64,000 nucleotides of DNA from positions 39,928,001-39,992,000 of the forward strand of contig OX597819.1 of NCBI GenBank assembly GCA_951406725.2, read 5' to 3'. The stretch's first letter is position 1, and each line of letters begins with the position of its first letter. A model generated the notes under the pieces. That model was not told where the DNA came from. It saw nothing but the letters and a program-made list of their open reading frames with translations, and ran no database searches. This stretch comes from Octopus vulgaris (taxonomy: Eukaryota). Made by a program: the position numbers and the translations under genes. Positions 1 to 15,211 of this stretch are shown here, piece by piece.

Positions 1-369
1 ATCTATTTATGCTTATTTTACTTCTTACATACATTATTTCAAGTCTTGCTTTATGATTTGTTTTTGTTTTGTTTTTCCTTTTTTTTTTTGTTTTTTTGTT
101 TTTTGTTTTTGTTTTTGTTTTGTTTTTTGCAGCAAGAGAATTTCAAGATGAAAAATATTTCCTGTACTCGTTTCACCTGCCAGGTTTTCCTATTACCTCT
201 ATTACGAAGGATGTAGTTCGCATTTCAGTTAAGATGCAAAAGAATGACAGAAAAACAAAAGATATGATATTGATAAGGAAAAAAAAAAACTACAAATAAT
301 TTTTAATAACTTTTTTCATGCAGTGAAAAAAACTATACATTTAGGAAACTTATATCATGTGAATATTTT

Positions 370-1745
<1,376 letters not shown>

Positions 1746-2155
1746 TGAAAATTATATAAAATATAATTTCTTATCTATTTGGTCGTGTGTGTAATAGGAG
1801 AAATTTAATACAAAACATCAGATTCAAAATTCGGCGGTGGTGTGCATTGCATTTGAGTGTTAAAAAAAAGGAACGAAAAACGTTAAGAAGATAAAATATA
1901 TTAACAAAATATTTTAGCTACAAAAGATGAGACTCACATTTCATTCGAGACTGCATTGTACTCGAATAAATGCAATAATATCTTAACATATATAATAGTA
2001 ATACCGTAATATATTATTCCATAATACGTAATAAGTCGAAAGTATACGAATTCATTATATTATAGATATATAATAATGAGTCGAAAGATTACGATTGTAT
2101 TATATAACAAATCTATAGAGTAATATTATTGTAATAAATCTATATAATAATGTGA

Positions 2156-2478
2156 GGGCTCGTGGCTTAGTGGTTAGGGTATTCGGCTCATGATAGTAAG
2201 GCCATGAGTTCAATTCCTGGCGACGCGTTGTGTCCTTGAGCAAGACACTTTATTTCCCCTTGTTCTAGTCCACTCAACTGAAAAAACATAAATAGTACCT
2301 ATATTTCAAAGGACCGGCCTTCTCACACTCTGTGTCACGTTGAATCTCCCCCGAGAACTACATTAAGGGTACACGTGTCTGCGGAGTGTTCAACCATTTG
2401 CACGATAATTTCACGAGAAGGTTGTTCCGTTGATCGGATCATCTGGAACCCTCGTCGTTGTAACCGATGGGGTGCCAG
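2156..2478 (+). mobile_element. tRNA-headed SINE, family A
   Basis: A-box TGGCTTAGTGG, B-box GAGTTCAATTCC, then GTGTCCTTGAGCAAGACACTT (CORE/V-like central motif). Homologous copies at 47954 and 60005. Confidence 0.8.
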
Positions 2479-2702
2479 TTCCATAGTAATAAATGTGTCC
2501 AAAGAATAGATTGTGTGTCTGAGTGCATAGGTGTAGGAGCGGCTGCGTGGTACGTAGCTTGCTTACCAGCCACATGGTTCCGGGTTCAGTCCCACTGCGT
2601 GGCACCTTGGGCAAGTGTCTTCTACTATAGCCTCGGGCCGACCAAAGCCTTGTGAGTGGATTTGGTAGACGGAAACTGAAAGATGCCCGTCGTATATATG
2701 TA

Positions 2703-2872
2703 TAGCCACTACACACATTTTTTCTCTCCATGCTTTTTCCGTGTACCTTTCTGTAGAAGAGCGTAGGCTCGAAACGTAAAAGACTTTTTCTATTCCTGAG
2801 CGTTATACTAATACATCTGTTTGTTCTGTACACCACCTGTCTTCGTCTTTTGTTTTATTCGTAAACTTTCCC
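2703..2872 (+). mobile_element. short hammerhead-bearing PLE-terminus-like element (family HH-B)
   Basis: Reverse complement of 23125-23225 and 35865-36045; ends in (TA)n. Confidence 0.65.
2747..2782 (+). ncRNA. minimal type-I hammerhead-like motif, variant core
   Basis: CUUU-CUGUAGA-A-GAGC(GUAG)GCUC-GAAA-CG-UA-AAAG; core position A6 is U. Confidence 0.5.
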
Positions 2873-2884
2873 TATATATATATG

Positions 2885-2972
<88 letters not shown>

Positions 2973-3670
2973 TGTATGTATGTATGTATGTATGTATGTA
3001 TGTATGTATGTTTGTCCCCCCAACATTGCTTGACAACCGATGCTGGTGTGTTTACGTCTCCGTAACTTAGCGGTTCGGCAAAAGAGACCGATAAAATAAG
3101 TATTAGACTTACAATGAATAAGTCCTGAGGTAGATTTGCTCGACTAAAGGCGGTTATCCAGCATGGTCACAGTCAAATGAATGAAACAAGTAAAAGAATA
3201 AAAGAGTAAAGAGTATGTGTATGTAATTTCAAATATTAAGAAAGTCCTCCAAGATCGCCCTCTTGATACGTTCACCAGGTTTCTGAAGGCTCAAAACAAA
3301 ACAGAGCCTGATCACAAGAGCAAAGAGGTGATTCATTGATAAATTTAACTTACGCAACAATTGCTGTTCTCCTGAACAACAAGCCATATTAGATATTATA
3401 TTGCGGAGACATCAGAACAATGTTGGACAGGCAAAATCGTTAGAACGTTTAAAATATACTAGTAAGTGATTCTTTACAATCTGAGATCAAACCCCACAGT
3501 GGTTAGCTGCTTCTTCAAGCCTCTGTTTAATGCTAATTTAGTACTGAGGTAGATTAGGTAATTTTGTTTTGCGGTAGACTCAAAATTACTAACTTTGCGC
3601 CTAAATTAGAGACTGTATTTGGAGACTTCCGCTCACTAATGAAAAACGAAGACCATACGTATTGGTTACG

Positions 3671-3868
3671 AAATTTGGCATAAGGCCAGCATATTCGGAG
3701 GTAAATCGATTACAATGAACCCAATGCTTTGCTGGTACTTATTTTATTGATCCCGAAGGATGGAAAACTAAGTCAACTTCGGCAGAATTAGAACTCAGAA
3801 CGTAAAGACGGACAAAATGCGGCTAAGCATTTTACCCGGCATGGTAACGACCGTGCCAGCTAACCGCC
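3671..3868 (-). mobile_element. Nin-domain-like tRNA SINE, family C (degenerate)
   Basis: Reverse complement of the GGCGG..CTGGCA..CGTTCTGAGTTC..TTCATCCTTCGGG..AAGTACCAG consensus seen many times in the window. Confidence 0.75.
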
Positions 3869-3985
3869 TAGAAGACCTTTCACATTGATGTCATAATGGC
3901 AGAGATGACTGTTATTCTGGGCGCACCGTTGATTCTCGTCGGTTGCGGTCGCATCAAAAAAGTATATGTGCGTGTATGTGTGTAC

Positions 3986-4020
<35 letters not shown>

Positions 4021-4029
4021 CATAGACAC

Positions 4030-4150
4030 AGGCATGACTGTGTGGTGAGAAGTTTGCTTCCCGACCACATGGTTCTGGTAACTTGAGCGATGTCTTCTAC
4101 TACAGCCTCGAGCTGACCAAAGCCTTGTCATTGAGTTTCGTAGCCAGAAA
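4030..4150 (+). mobile_element. family B SINE 5' fragment
   Basis: GACTGTGTGGTGAGAAGTTTGCTTCC..GACCAAAGCCTTGT..GAAACTGAAAGAAGCC. Confidence 0.65.
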
Positions 4151-4209
4151 CTGAAAGAAGCCTGTCGTGAATATATATACATACATACATACATACATAC
4201 ATACATACA

Positions 4210-4240
<31 letters not shown>

Positions 4241-4429
4241 TAATACACACACATACATATATATATACATACATACATATTAATACACACACATATATAC
4301 ACACATACATACATACATACATACATACATATTAATACACACACATACATACATACATACATACATGCATACATACATACATACATACATACATACATAC
4401 ATACATACATACATACATACATACATACA

Positions 4430-4463
<34 letters not shown>

Positions 4464-4472
4464 GATACATAT
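4151..4472. repeat. (TACA)n microsatellite
   Basis: Direct. Confidence 0.95.
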
Positions 4473-4829
4473 AGATTTAGAAAGTTTGATACTTTAGTTG
4501 AGCATAAAAGTATAAAAAGCAAACGGGGTCGTGTAGCTGTTTTATGTGGTTGACAACCCGAAGTAAAATTGTATTAGGCGAAAAGTTCCTAAAGTGAAAC
4601 TGCTACATGATGTTCGAAAGTGGATTAACACCCAATTTGTATGAAACTTTCATCAAGGTATATGCATATGCTATGATATAAAACGTAATCGGATAACGCT
4701 TTTGCACTTTACTCCTGTGTCTAAGCTGTCCCATTTTATAGATGCAAATAAACATGCATTACGAAATGCGAAAAAATAAATGAAAAATCACGACTGCGTC
4801 CATGCCAAATATTTCAGACAAAGTGCAGG

Positions 4830-5358
4830 ATGATTGAAAAGTAACTCTTTATGGTACTTCATTATGCTGCAAGATGAGATTTGGTCAATTATCAGTACTT
4901 GGGAGAATAGTGAAGATTTAATTTTCATGCAAGATGGCGCCCCTCCACATTTTGTTCTTGTCGTTCTCGAATGGCTGAATGCCCAATTCCCCAGGAGATG
5001 GATGGGTCATCGCGGTCCACATGAGTGTCTAACCACGAGTCCTGACTTAACACCTTGTGATTTGTTTGAGGTTGGTTAAAGGAATAAGTCTGCTGTACCA
5101 AACCAAAGACTTTGGAAGAACTTGAAGGGCGAATACGAGAAGTTATGTCTTCCATGCAACCAGAGATTCTGGTGAAATCAGTTGACGCAATTCCTAGGCG
5201 ACTCAAGAAGCTGGTGGCGACATCTGGAGCCCATATCGAATTTTAAATAAAACTTCATACCAAAAGCTTTCCTCTCATATCCAGCTTTTTGTGAAAATTA
5301 CAATTAATGAATAATTTATAAGTATTTTAAACTAGGGAGTTACTTTTTAATCACCCTG
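4830..5358 (+). mobile_element. Tc1/mariner (DD37D-like) transposon 3' remnant
   Basis: ORF with FMQDGAPPH...RWMGHRGP...SPDLTPCD; terminal TTTTTAATCACCCTG typical of a CAGGGTG TIR. Confidence 0.8.
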
Positions 5359-5499
5359 TGTTACTAAGAAATGTAACGTCAAAAATAGTATATGCAGATA
5401 TGAACTACTACTATGTATATATAATACACATACATAAACATTTAAAAATATACAAAGCCACGTGCACAAGCGACATATAAATACTTGTGAGTTGTATAA

Positions 5500-5530
<31 letters not shown>

Positions 5531-6339
5531 AAGAAAGACTAAGTCCCTTGACTAATAGCGATAAGATTGGACAATTGTAGAACTGTTGACTCCTTTTAAG
5601 CCTGGCACACTTCCTCTTATCTCTACTTCTTCTTCCTCTTATCTTCAGACAATAAGACTGTTCTTTCCTTTAATGGCTTTAATGGCTTGCTAACTTTGGA
5701 GAGTTCTTGAGTTTTAAGATAATCTCCCCTTCTCGTGTGGAGCATACCTTCTTTGCCATTCAGTAGTTAGGATACAGCCTCTAGAAGTGGAGATGATTTT
5801 AATAAATGAAGGATTTAAGTTGTATGGTATATATATATATATATATATACATGTATGAGATGACGGTACGACAAATGCTGTATTGGTTTAACGCTTAAAA
5901 GGAGTAAGGAGTGTCTGACTAAGCTTTCTTCATATAGAAAAGGAAGTAAAAAGGAAATATAAGAAATGAGAAGAAGAAAAAGAGAGAATGAATAAGTGTG
6001 TGAAAAAAATTATTGTAATGATAAAATGATTATGGAGAAAAAGGGGGTGGGAAAGAAAAACGGGAAACATGAAAGGTTCTAGGCCAAAGCAATGAAGGAA
6101 GATAGGTCTGTACAAGCGCATGTCCTAGAACGTGTATGTATTTCGTAGCACTCAAATAGGAGGAGACGTTTGCGTATATGTTTGATGGTTGTATGTATGT
6201 ATTAATATGTAAATTTGGTTTCGAGGCATTAACAATTGTAACTGTGGGTGTGATTTCTGGGTGTGTGTAAATGTTAAGCGGGTAAGGAAAATGAAAAGGT
6301 TACACTCGATCTTACTGCAAGGATACAGGCGGCTCATGC

Positions 6340-6830
6340 TGATACTTAGACTATAGATCTTTCCACCTGTCCCATACTAAAAGGAACATCCCTTTTAATG
6401 TAGCAAGACACATGTTTAATAGTTACGAAGACAAATAGACGAGAGAGACGGCTGGTAGAACTAAATATTTTCCTTCAGAGACAAAATTATCACAAAACTT
6501 GGCAAATATTGCCGTAACTAAGGCAAAAGAGATTCCAGTCTCTGTCTCAAGGAGAAACGCTCACAATAAGGGCGAAAACATAAACGTAAGCATAAATATT
6601 CATTCGTAGTAACCCATAATCCTAGAAATCATAACACCTTAAATTCACCCAAATGATACCTTCCAATTCTGCATCAACCATCGAATGGCAGAAAAATTAT
6701 TAAAGAATCATAAATTATCAACAGCCGAAGAAAACCACCAAATCTTCAAGGACTAACAAAGTTAAAATTCCTATCAGAAGAAGAAATAGCATAGGTACTA
6801 AACTGCGGACACATTGGGACATGTAAAATA
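6340..6830 (+). pseudogene. Penelope-like element RT C-terminal remnant
   Basis: My translation of 6340-6490 gives YLDYRSFHLSHTKRNIPFNVARHM...RERRLVELNIFLQRQNY, resembling the PLE YL..S.HP.H.K.NIP...A.R motif; stops present. Confidence 0.6.
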
Positions 6831-7486
6831 ATTGAACAGAGAACAACCAAAACATTAACAAGTGGAAAGAAATTGAAGGTTAATGTGTGTGCGTGTGTGT
6901 GTGTGTGTGTGCATATATGTGTGTGTATAAATATATGTATATGTATGCATTATGTAGGAACATATATATGTGTATAAATATATGTACGTATGTATGTATG
7001 TATGTATGTATGTATGTATGTATGTATGTATGTATGTATGTATGAATATAAGTCACGTATGTATTTATCTGATTTTTATATGAGATATGAGTGTCAATTA
7101 ACTACATGTATGCGGATAATAGTTATATGTTTCCGACAAACATCCTAATTTCGTTTGATGTATTATATTAACTTATATCTTAAGCCAGTTGTATAGAGTG
7201 GGGCACGCGTTGTGTGCAGTCCGCGTAACGTGGACACTGTATATGAGTGTTTACTGTAGAGATATTTCGTTTAAAGAAGCAGGCGATCAATAATGCTACA
7301 ACTAAACGGGCAACCATAACCAACGAAACGCTTATGTCTTGCGCAGTGGAACACTTTAGAGATTTTCAACATTCTTTGTGTGAGATAATTTTGCGCCTGC
7401 TCATGTAGCACTTTCGCTCCGTCCTCTCATTTCATTCTGTGCATTTTGTACTGGACCAAATCATAGCGAGTAGATATTTATTATAT

Positions 7487-8618
7487 ACTAGCAAACGTAC
7501 CCGTCCTTTGGATGGTATGAGTTACTTTGGTGGTATTTTTTTCACCAAATAATTGAACTACTGAGAAGGTTTATGAGTAGCACGGGAATCTATGTTTCTG
7601 ATTAACCTAGGAACGGAAAATCAAACTGAAGGTTGGTTACTGTGGAGGTCGTTACACTTTAATGATCATAGAACATATAAGTTTGCAAGTAATGCAAAGT
7701 AGAGCTACTGAAGTGTTTTGGGGTGTAGATTATGGATAATGACTACAAAATATAGTTGTCTTACATGAAAGCGAAATTTCTTGTCAGAAGCAGCCACACA
7801 AATGGTGTAATGAAATTGAAGGAAGACGTTGAAAGTTTCCCTCTGCGAGTTTTTTTTTTTTTTTTTTAACATCAAAGGGAGCTATTTTTTCGGAGAGATA
7901 AGTTAACAAAATCTCCTTTATTCTGTCTTCCCACATAGCCTGCGCATAAACTAATAGCGAATGCTGCATAAAGTTAAATAGGTATGAAGCTTTCTGAAAG
8001 ATACCTATAGCTTTCGTTAGTGGAAGCAAAACTCATATTTAAAGGTTGTTTCTTTGGGACGAGTCATATGTGATTGTTTAAAAAAGGGCTAGAACGACAA
8101 TGCTAAGACGTATTTGAAACAATGGACAACAGTTGAAATATCATAATGGATGGGTAAATAAGTAGCTTTAAAATGAAACAATGCATTGGTAGGTAAACAA
8201 AGGTATCAACAAACAGAAGAGAGAGAAGGGAACATCACCTTTCAAGTAACTCAGAATAGGTAAAGGTAAGCTTGCCAAAGTTCAATGCAGTTTAAATATG
8301 GAAATTAAGATTGTTTGGTATTGGATATTCATCGCGTACAGTGTTCCTAGTCAATTTAATCACCGTGGCCGGTGGACAGTCGAAAAAAATAGATAAAATC
8401 CTTTCACTTTTAATAAAATATTTAAAAAGACCTTACATACAAAAAGACTATGTCCATTTAGGTCCATTTACGCGGGAGCTCTGGGTAAAATGTTTAGTGC
8501 ATGACCATCCTTGGAACATAAGCAATGTGCGTTTAAAGTTTGGGGAAAATCGGTTGGGAATTGTGGAAATGTATGTGTTAGTCGTTATAATACACATACT
8601 GTGATTCATATATACTAG
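7487..8618 (+). mobile_element. non-autonomous Helitron/HINE-like element
   Basis: 5' TACTAGCAAACGTACCCGTCC; near-3' AAGTTTGGGGAAAATCGGTTG (Lep1-like); ends TATATACTAG. No TIR or ORF. Confidence 0.4.
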
Positions 8619-8734
8619 GTAAAGAAAAAAAGATGTAAGAGAAATAATTCAGAGTAATAAGTAACTTATATTTTAACATAGGCATATAGAATGTTGGGAC
8701 TAAATCCGACTCTATTTTATGTCTCCTTTTTACA

Positions 8735-9578
8735 GAAACAGTCTGATGTATTGGTGTGCCGTCAACGGTGCTGGAGAACATAAGGATTAAAGTTGTAGTT
8801 GCGAAAAAGTTAGCTGACATGGAGAACTCCAAGCCATCTGAATATTGGAAAATAGTTATTTGTATCATGACGATTCGCACCTGGTATCAAAATGCTGACA
8901 TCATGACTGCTGCTCAGGGTTCTGTGAGTACTGTAAAAGCTGTAAAACGTGACATGGACAGCTGCAATAGAGACTACGAGGCTGTGGCCAGCAGGAAAGG
9001 GCACAGCAGGCGTTCTGACAGCATCTGCACCCTGGAATTCATCCAACAACTGATGACCAATTCAGACAGCTATGTGAAGCTACAGTAAACTATGATCAAA
9101 TCCTGGCTGGAGAGGGTTGCTACTGAAAGGGAATATTTGTAGCAGTAGGATTCGGCTCCTTGCCATACCTCCGGATAGAGTCAGAAGTGGTTGTCGGGGA
9201 ATCACTACGGCTTTGCCAGTCCCACTTTCTGGCCTCCTAATTCGCCTAATTGTAATCCCATCGATTATTATGCGTGGGGCGCGGTTGAGAAAGACACCAA
9301 CTGCTCTGCCTGCAACACCAAGACCAAGCTGGTGGTCAAGATCAAGGAGGTACTCGAAGAGCATCTCAAGGACACAGTGGCACACACATGGGCAAGGTTC
9401 TGGATCCCTCTTGAGACCGTACTGGAAGCTGAGACCGACTACTTTGAGTAAACTGTTATCACCCAGCCATAATCAAGATGATATTTCTTCATTTTTCAAA
9501 ATACATTTATTTTCTGGTTGGAATATTTTGTTTTCTTTACCTTTTATACAAATTGTCAAATTTAGCCCAAGCTCCCTA
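8735..9578 (+). mobile_element. Tc1/mariner DD37D (maT-like) transposon, internally deleted
   Basis: ORF 9191-9451 has FWPPNSPNCNPIDYYAWGAVE; HTH-like N-terminal ORF 8756-9088; terminal CTCCCTA-TA. Confidence 0.8.
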
Positions 9579-10019
9579 TACACCTTACACCAAATATTTG
9601 ACTTACTAAAATTATCTCCGCATCAAGGGGATGCGTGATAATTCCAAAAGAGAAATTAAGACTTGCTCCATGTGACAAGGTGAAATGATCTTCAGAATCA
9701 AGAATTTTCCTAAGCTGGCATTATATAAAGGAGACATTCGGTATTTGATTTCCCGACTGATGAAATGGGCTCATTTATAACACCAAATATATAATACCCT
9801 GGATTGAAGGTAATATAGACATGTCACCTTTCTACGATATATTTTAGAATTCTATTTTATTCAACGACATTGTTATCATAGATCTAGTTAGTTTCATAAA
9901 TGTTGAACTCAATATTCAACCCTCCCAGTGAGACGTAACCACATTTTTAGATGAGTTAAGATATGCGTTGTGAATTAAATGTGAATCTGTTAGCTAAACA
10001 CACCTGCGAACAAACATAT

Positions 10020-10040
10020 ACAGTTGCATATACACACTCA

Positions 10041-10097
<57 letters not shown>

Positions 10098-10486
10098 ATG
10101 TATGTATATATGTATGCATTTATGTATGTATGCACGTTTATATACATGCATGCATGTATGTATGTATGTGTGTGTATGTATGTATACATGTATGTATGTA
10201 TGTATGTGTGTATGTATGTATGTATGTATGTATGTATGTATGTATGTATGCATAGAAATATGTGGGTAGGATGTACATGCATACTGCTTGTAAATATGTG
10301 ACATATATACTGACAGATACGTATGTATTATTTATATGTGTGTGTGTATGTGTGTGTGTATGTGTGTGTGTGTATGTGTGTGTGTAAATTTATATATATA
10401 TATGCACACAAATATACGCATATATAAATTATATATATACACACACATAGCTGTACCTATGTACACATAGATATGCATATACATAC

Positions 10487-10569
<83 letters not shown>

Positions 10570-11089
10570 CATACACACGCATACATACTTACACACACAT
10601 AAATATGTACACGCATAAGCACACATTTAAATATTTTTCATATGCGTGCGTTTAAGTACGTGTTCTGTATATGAATGCGTATATGTGCGTGAGGGCCCGC
10701 GTGTGTGTGCCTGTGTGTGAGTGTGCGCGTGTACTTTTGGGTGTCTATGCGTATTTGTAATGGCTGAATGTATGTGTGCACGTATATATGTATGTCGCTG
10801 TCTTGTCATCTGTTTAATTATATGCATACAGATGTGTGTCTGTGTACATAGATACGCACACACACACACACACACATACATATGCGCATATAAATACATA
10901 CATATGTGTATGCGTGCGCGTATATGTGTACATGTATGTATATAAACGCGCATGTATGTGTCTGTGTTTATTTCTCTGTGTGTGTATGAGTTTGTGCGTG
11001 TGTGCGTGTGTGCGTGCGTGTGTGCGTGTGTGCGTGCGTGCGTGCGTGCGTGTGTGTGTATGTATGTGTGTGTGTGTGTGCGCGCGCGC

Positions 11090-11135
<46 letters not shown>

Positions 11136-11480
11136 CATTATATCTATGTCATCTGATCGGCGTGTTTTTCCCAGCTGCGAACCACCAGGATAAAATACAT
11201 TTTTTTACCGGCGAAATATTTCTCATTTAAATGATCTGCCAGCTATTTCGCTACAGAACCAAATAGAAACAGGAAGATTTCTACAGATATACCGTTTGAA
11301 GAATCCAATATTGCTCTTTCAATAGTATTAGACACACAAGAAACTTGTTCGTGACTTCGTTGAATTTAGTTGCAGGCTAGGAATTAATGTACATATTTCT
11401 ATATTGCAGTATTTTCATAAGTATGTATGTGTGTATGTATGTATGATGCGTGCATGTATGATTGTGCGTATGTATGTATT

Positions 11481-11541
<61 letters not shown>

Positions 11542-11717
11542 GTACGTACGTGTGTATGAATGTATGAATGTCTATGTGTGTGTGTCTATTTCTCTGTGTG
11601 TTTGCGATATATGTATAAATATATATATATATATATATACGCACATGTATGTATATATATATATATATATAATATATACATACATATGATATATGTATAT
11701 ATAAATATATGTGTGTA

Positions 11718-11808
<91 letters not shown>

Positions 11809-12366
11809 TACATATGAACATATGTGTGTACATATATATACATATATAGACAGAGACAGAGCCAAAGTGAGAGAGACAGAGAGACAGAGAGAGACGGACG
11901 TTAAACGATGATGATGATGATGTTGGTGTGTGTGTGTGTGTATATATATATATGTGTATGTATGTATGTATGTATGTATGTATATAATATGTGTGTGTTT
12001 GTTGTGTGTGTCTATGTTTGTCTGTGTGTGCGTTTTTACATGTGTAAATGTGTGTCTGTGTTAACGTGTATTCGCAAGAATGTGTGCATATACATACTAT
12101 TATATCTGCGTATATGTGCATATGTATATACTCGTACAAACATATGCAAGCGTGTGCATATGAAGGTATGCGAGTCTTTGAAGTGTGTATGTGTCGATAT
12201 GTGCAGTTCTGTAGATTCATGTTAATCGTACACATAGATAATGGAAAGCGGAATGACACATTACACAACTTATCAAGCAGAATTATGTTTATGTACATAC
12301 ATACATATGTATATATATATACACACATATACACGCACACATACCTATATCCATTTATATGAGTTC

Positions 12367-12411
<45 letters not shown>

Positions 12412-12439
12412 AATGTATGTATGTATGTATATATATATG

Positions 12440-12478
<39 letters not shown>

Positions 12479-12641
12479 TAACCTATGTATATATGTGCGT
12501 GAATGTTAGTACACACACACTCACACACAAATATAAACATATAAATATATACCTTTGTATATACTATATCCAAACATAACCGCGTATATGCGTGTGGGCA
12601 CATATATGTGTGTGTGTATATATATATACACACATACACAA

Positions 12642-12684
<43 letters not shown>

Positions 12685-12705
12685 AACACATGCATAAATA
12701 TGTAC

Positions 12706-12736
<31 letters not shown>

Positions 12737-12909
12737 AATATGAAATTATGTTTGCGAATGTGTATGTATGTGTGTATGTGTGTGTGTGTGTTTGTGTGCT
12801 GTCGAAATGGCCAAATGCTTTTGTTTGGAATTGATACATACATAAATACATACATACATACAAACATACATACTGCATACATACATACATGCATGCATGC
12901 ATACATACA

Positions 12910-12941
<32 letters not shown>

Positions 12942-13100
12942 CACATACATATATACATTCATACATACATACACACACTCGTACACACGTACACACACCG
13001 ACACACATTACAAACACACCGATACATATATATACCTGTGCAAACACATATAGCGCTGATAAATGCACACATACACGGACATACGGACACACGGACACAC
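10020..13100. repeat. extended compound microsatellite/low-complexity field
   Basis: (CA)n, (TATG)n, (TA)n, (GT)n with short spacers. Confidence 0.9.
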
Positions 13101-13268
13101 AGAGGGTGAATCACACGTATATACAATGGTGTAGCCACTCGGGGCCTACATGGAATTCGTAACCTGGCATCAAAAATTATATCTCATTTTCTATAAGAAC
13201 AACATATTAAACGTAACAATCCAAAACGAACACAGGCGTACGCGCACGCAGACGTGTGCTTATATGCA

Positions 13269-13497
13269 GCGGCGAGCTGGCAGAAACGTTAGCGCGCCGG
13301 GCGAAATGCTTAGCGGTATTTCGTCTGTCGTTACGTTCTGAGTTCAAATTCCGCCGCGGTGGACTTTGCCTTTCATCCTTTCGGGGTCGATAAATAAAGT
13401 ACCAGTTTCGCACCGGAGTCGATGTAATCGACTTAATCCCTTTGTCTGTTCTTGTTTGTCCCCTCTATTTTTAGCCCCTTGTGGGTAGTAAAGAAAT
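13269..13497 (+). mobile_element. family C SINE, full length (tail variant GTAAAGAAAT)
   Basis: A-box TGGCAGAAACG, B-box GAGTTCAAATTCC, Nin-like GCCTTTCATCCTTTCGGGGTCGATAAATAAAGTACC. Confidence 0.85.
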
Positions 13498-13909
13498 GTA
13501 TATGCACGTAGATATATGCGTATGATTCTGTGAGCGAACGTGTGTGTGTTTGTGCGCGCGTGGATGCATGTGTGTATAGTTGTGTGTATTTGGATATATG
13601 CGAAAATGTTTGTGTTGCTGTATGTGTGTGTGTGTGCGTTTCTGCATATTGATGTGCGTATTTCGATATATGTGTAAATGTTTGTGTTGCTCTGTGTGTG
13701 TGTGTGTGTGTGCGCGCTCGTTTGTGCATATTGATGTGTGTATTTGATATATGTGTAAATGAATATGTGCGTGTGTTTGTGTGTGTGTGAGAATGTGTGT
13801 GTGTGTGTGTGTGTGCGCGCGCGCGTGCGTTTGTGTTTATAATAAAACGTCTTATTTTGTAATTTCGAAAGAAAATATAATGCTTTCTCTCTTTCACACT
13901 TTGTCGTCA

Positions 13910-14405
<496 letters not shown>

Positions 14406-14788
14406 GTGAGAGTGAGTGTCTGTGTGCATACGCGTGTTTGAGTGTGTGCACTTGTTTAGTTGTACATAGACAGGTAACGGACAGACATAGAAAGATAGAA
14501 GATAGGGAAAAATTGATAGGAAAATAGGATGGGCGGTCATTCAGGCCACAAACGTTCGTCTTTCTGTCGCGCGCGCGCGTGTGTATGGTTGTGTGTGTGA
14601 GTGTGTGCGTGTGTGTATATGTGCTAACTAACTGGAAACATGCAAAAACAGATACCTTTTATAGGCTACTACAACTTCGAAATTTTAAATAATTACGTTA
14701 CAGAAGAGGCAGCGATCTGGCGCCTGGGTCGAAATTGCTGGCCTAGTGCCGAAATATGAAAAAAAAACTATAATTATACTACAGTGAA

Positions 14789-14864
14789 GGCGGCGAGCTG
14801 GCAGAATCGTTAGGAACGCCAGAAAAATTCCTTAGTGGCATTTTGTCCGTTGTTACGTTCTGAG
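14789..14864 (+). mobile_element. family C SINE 5' fragment
   Basis: GGCGGCGAGCTGGCAGAATCGTTAG...GTTACGTTCTGAG. Confidence 0.75.
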
Positions 14865-15110
14865 CCTTTGGTAGAGGGAAACTAAAATATTAATTGTAGC
14901 GCCCATGCTGAAGAGAATACGGATGGCAAATTATTTTATTTGTTCATTGATATTCAAAAAACATGTGGTAACTAGTGAAAATGCTTTCATCCCCTTCGAA
15001 ATTACTCTTAACCGTGGTTTGGGCTTTGACTGTTCCTTTTAGCATGTAAGGTGTCCTGTTAGGCTCACCTCTTTTGTGTATAAATGTACACTAATTTTAT
15101 ATGAAATATT

Positions 15111-15151
<41 letters not shown>

Positions 15152-15211
15152 CTGCTTATTATTCATACACCTGTCTTCATCTTTTGCTTTGATTTCTATC
15201 TATAGGAATAT

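Larger units (their letters stand above)
2530..3212 (+). mobile_element. tRNA-headed CORE-like SINE, family B, interrupted by an insertion at 2703-2872
   Basis: B-box GGTTCAGTCCC and GGCACCTTGGGCAAGTGTCTT. Internal microsatellite; 3' half ends AAGTAAAAGAATAAAAGA. Matches copies at 20729 and 36953. Confidence 0.8.

Noticed and set aside
5878-5937. Minus-strand hammerhead-like remnant
   Set aside because: Both core halves are mutated (AUGAAGA, UAAA); too degenerate to count.
9117-9638. 173 aa ORF
   Set aside because: Alternative frame of a decayed transposase, not a separate gene.
13269-13350. tRNA gene-like A/B boxes
   Set aside because: These are heads of multi-copy SINEs; no complete cloverleaf.
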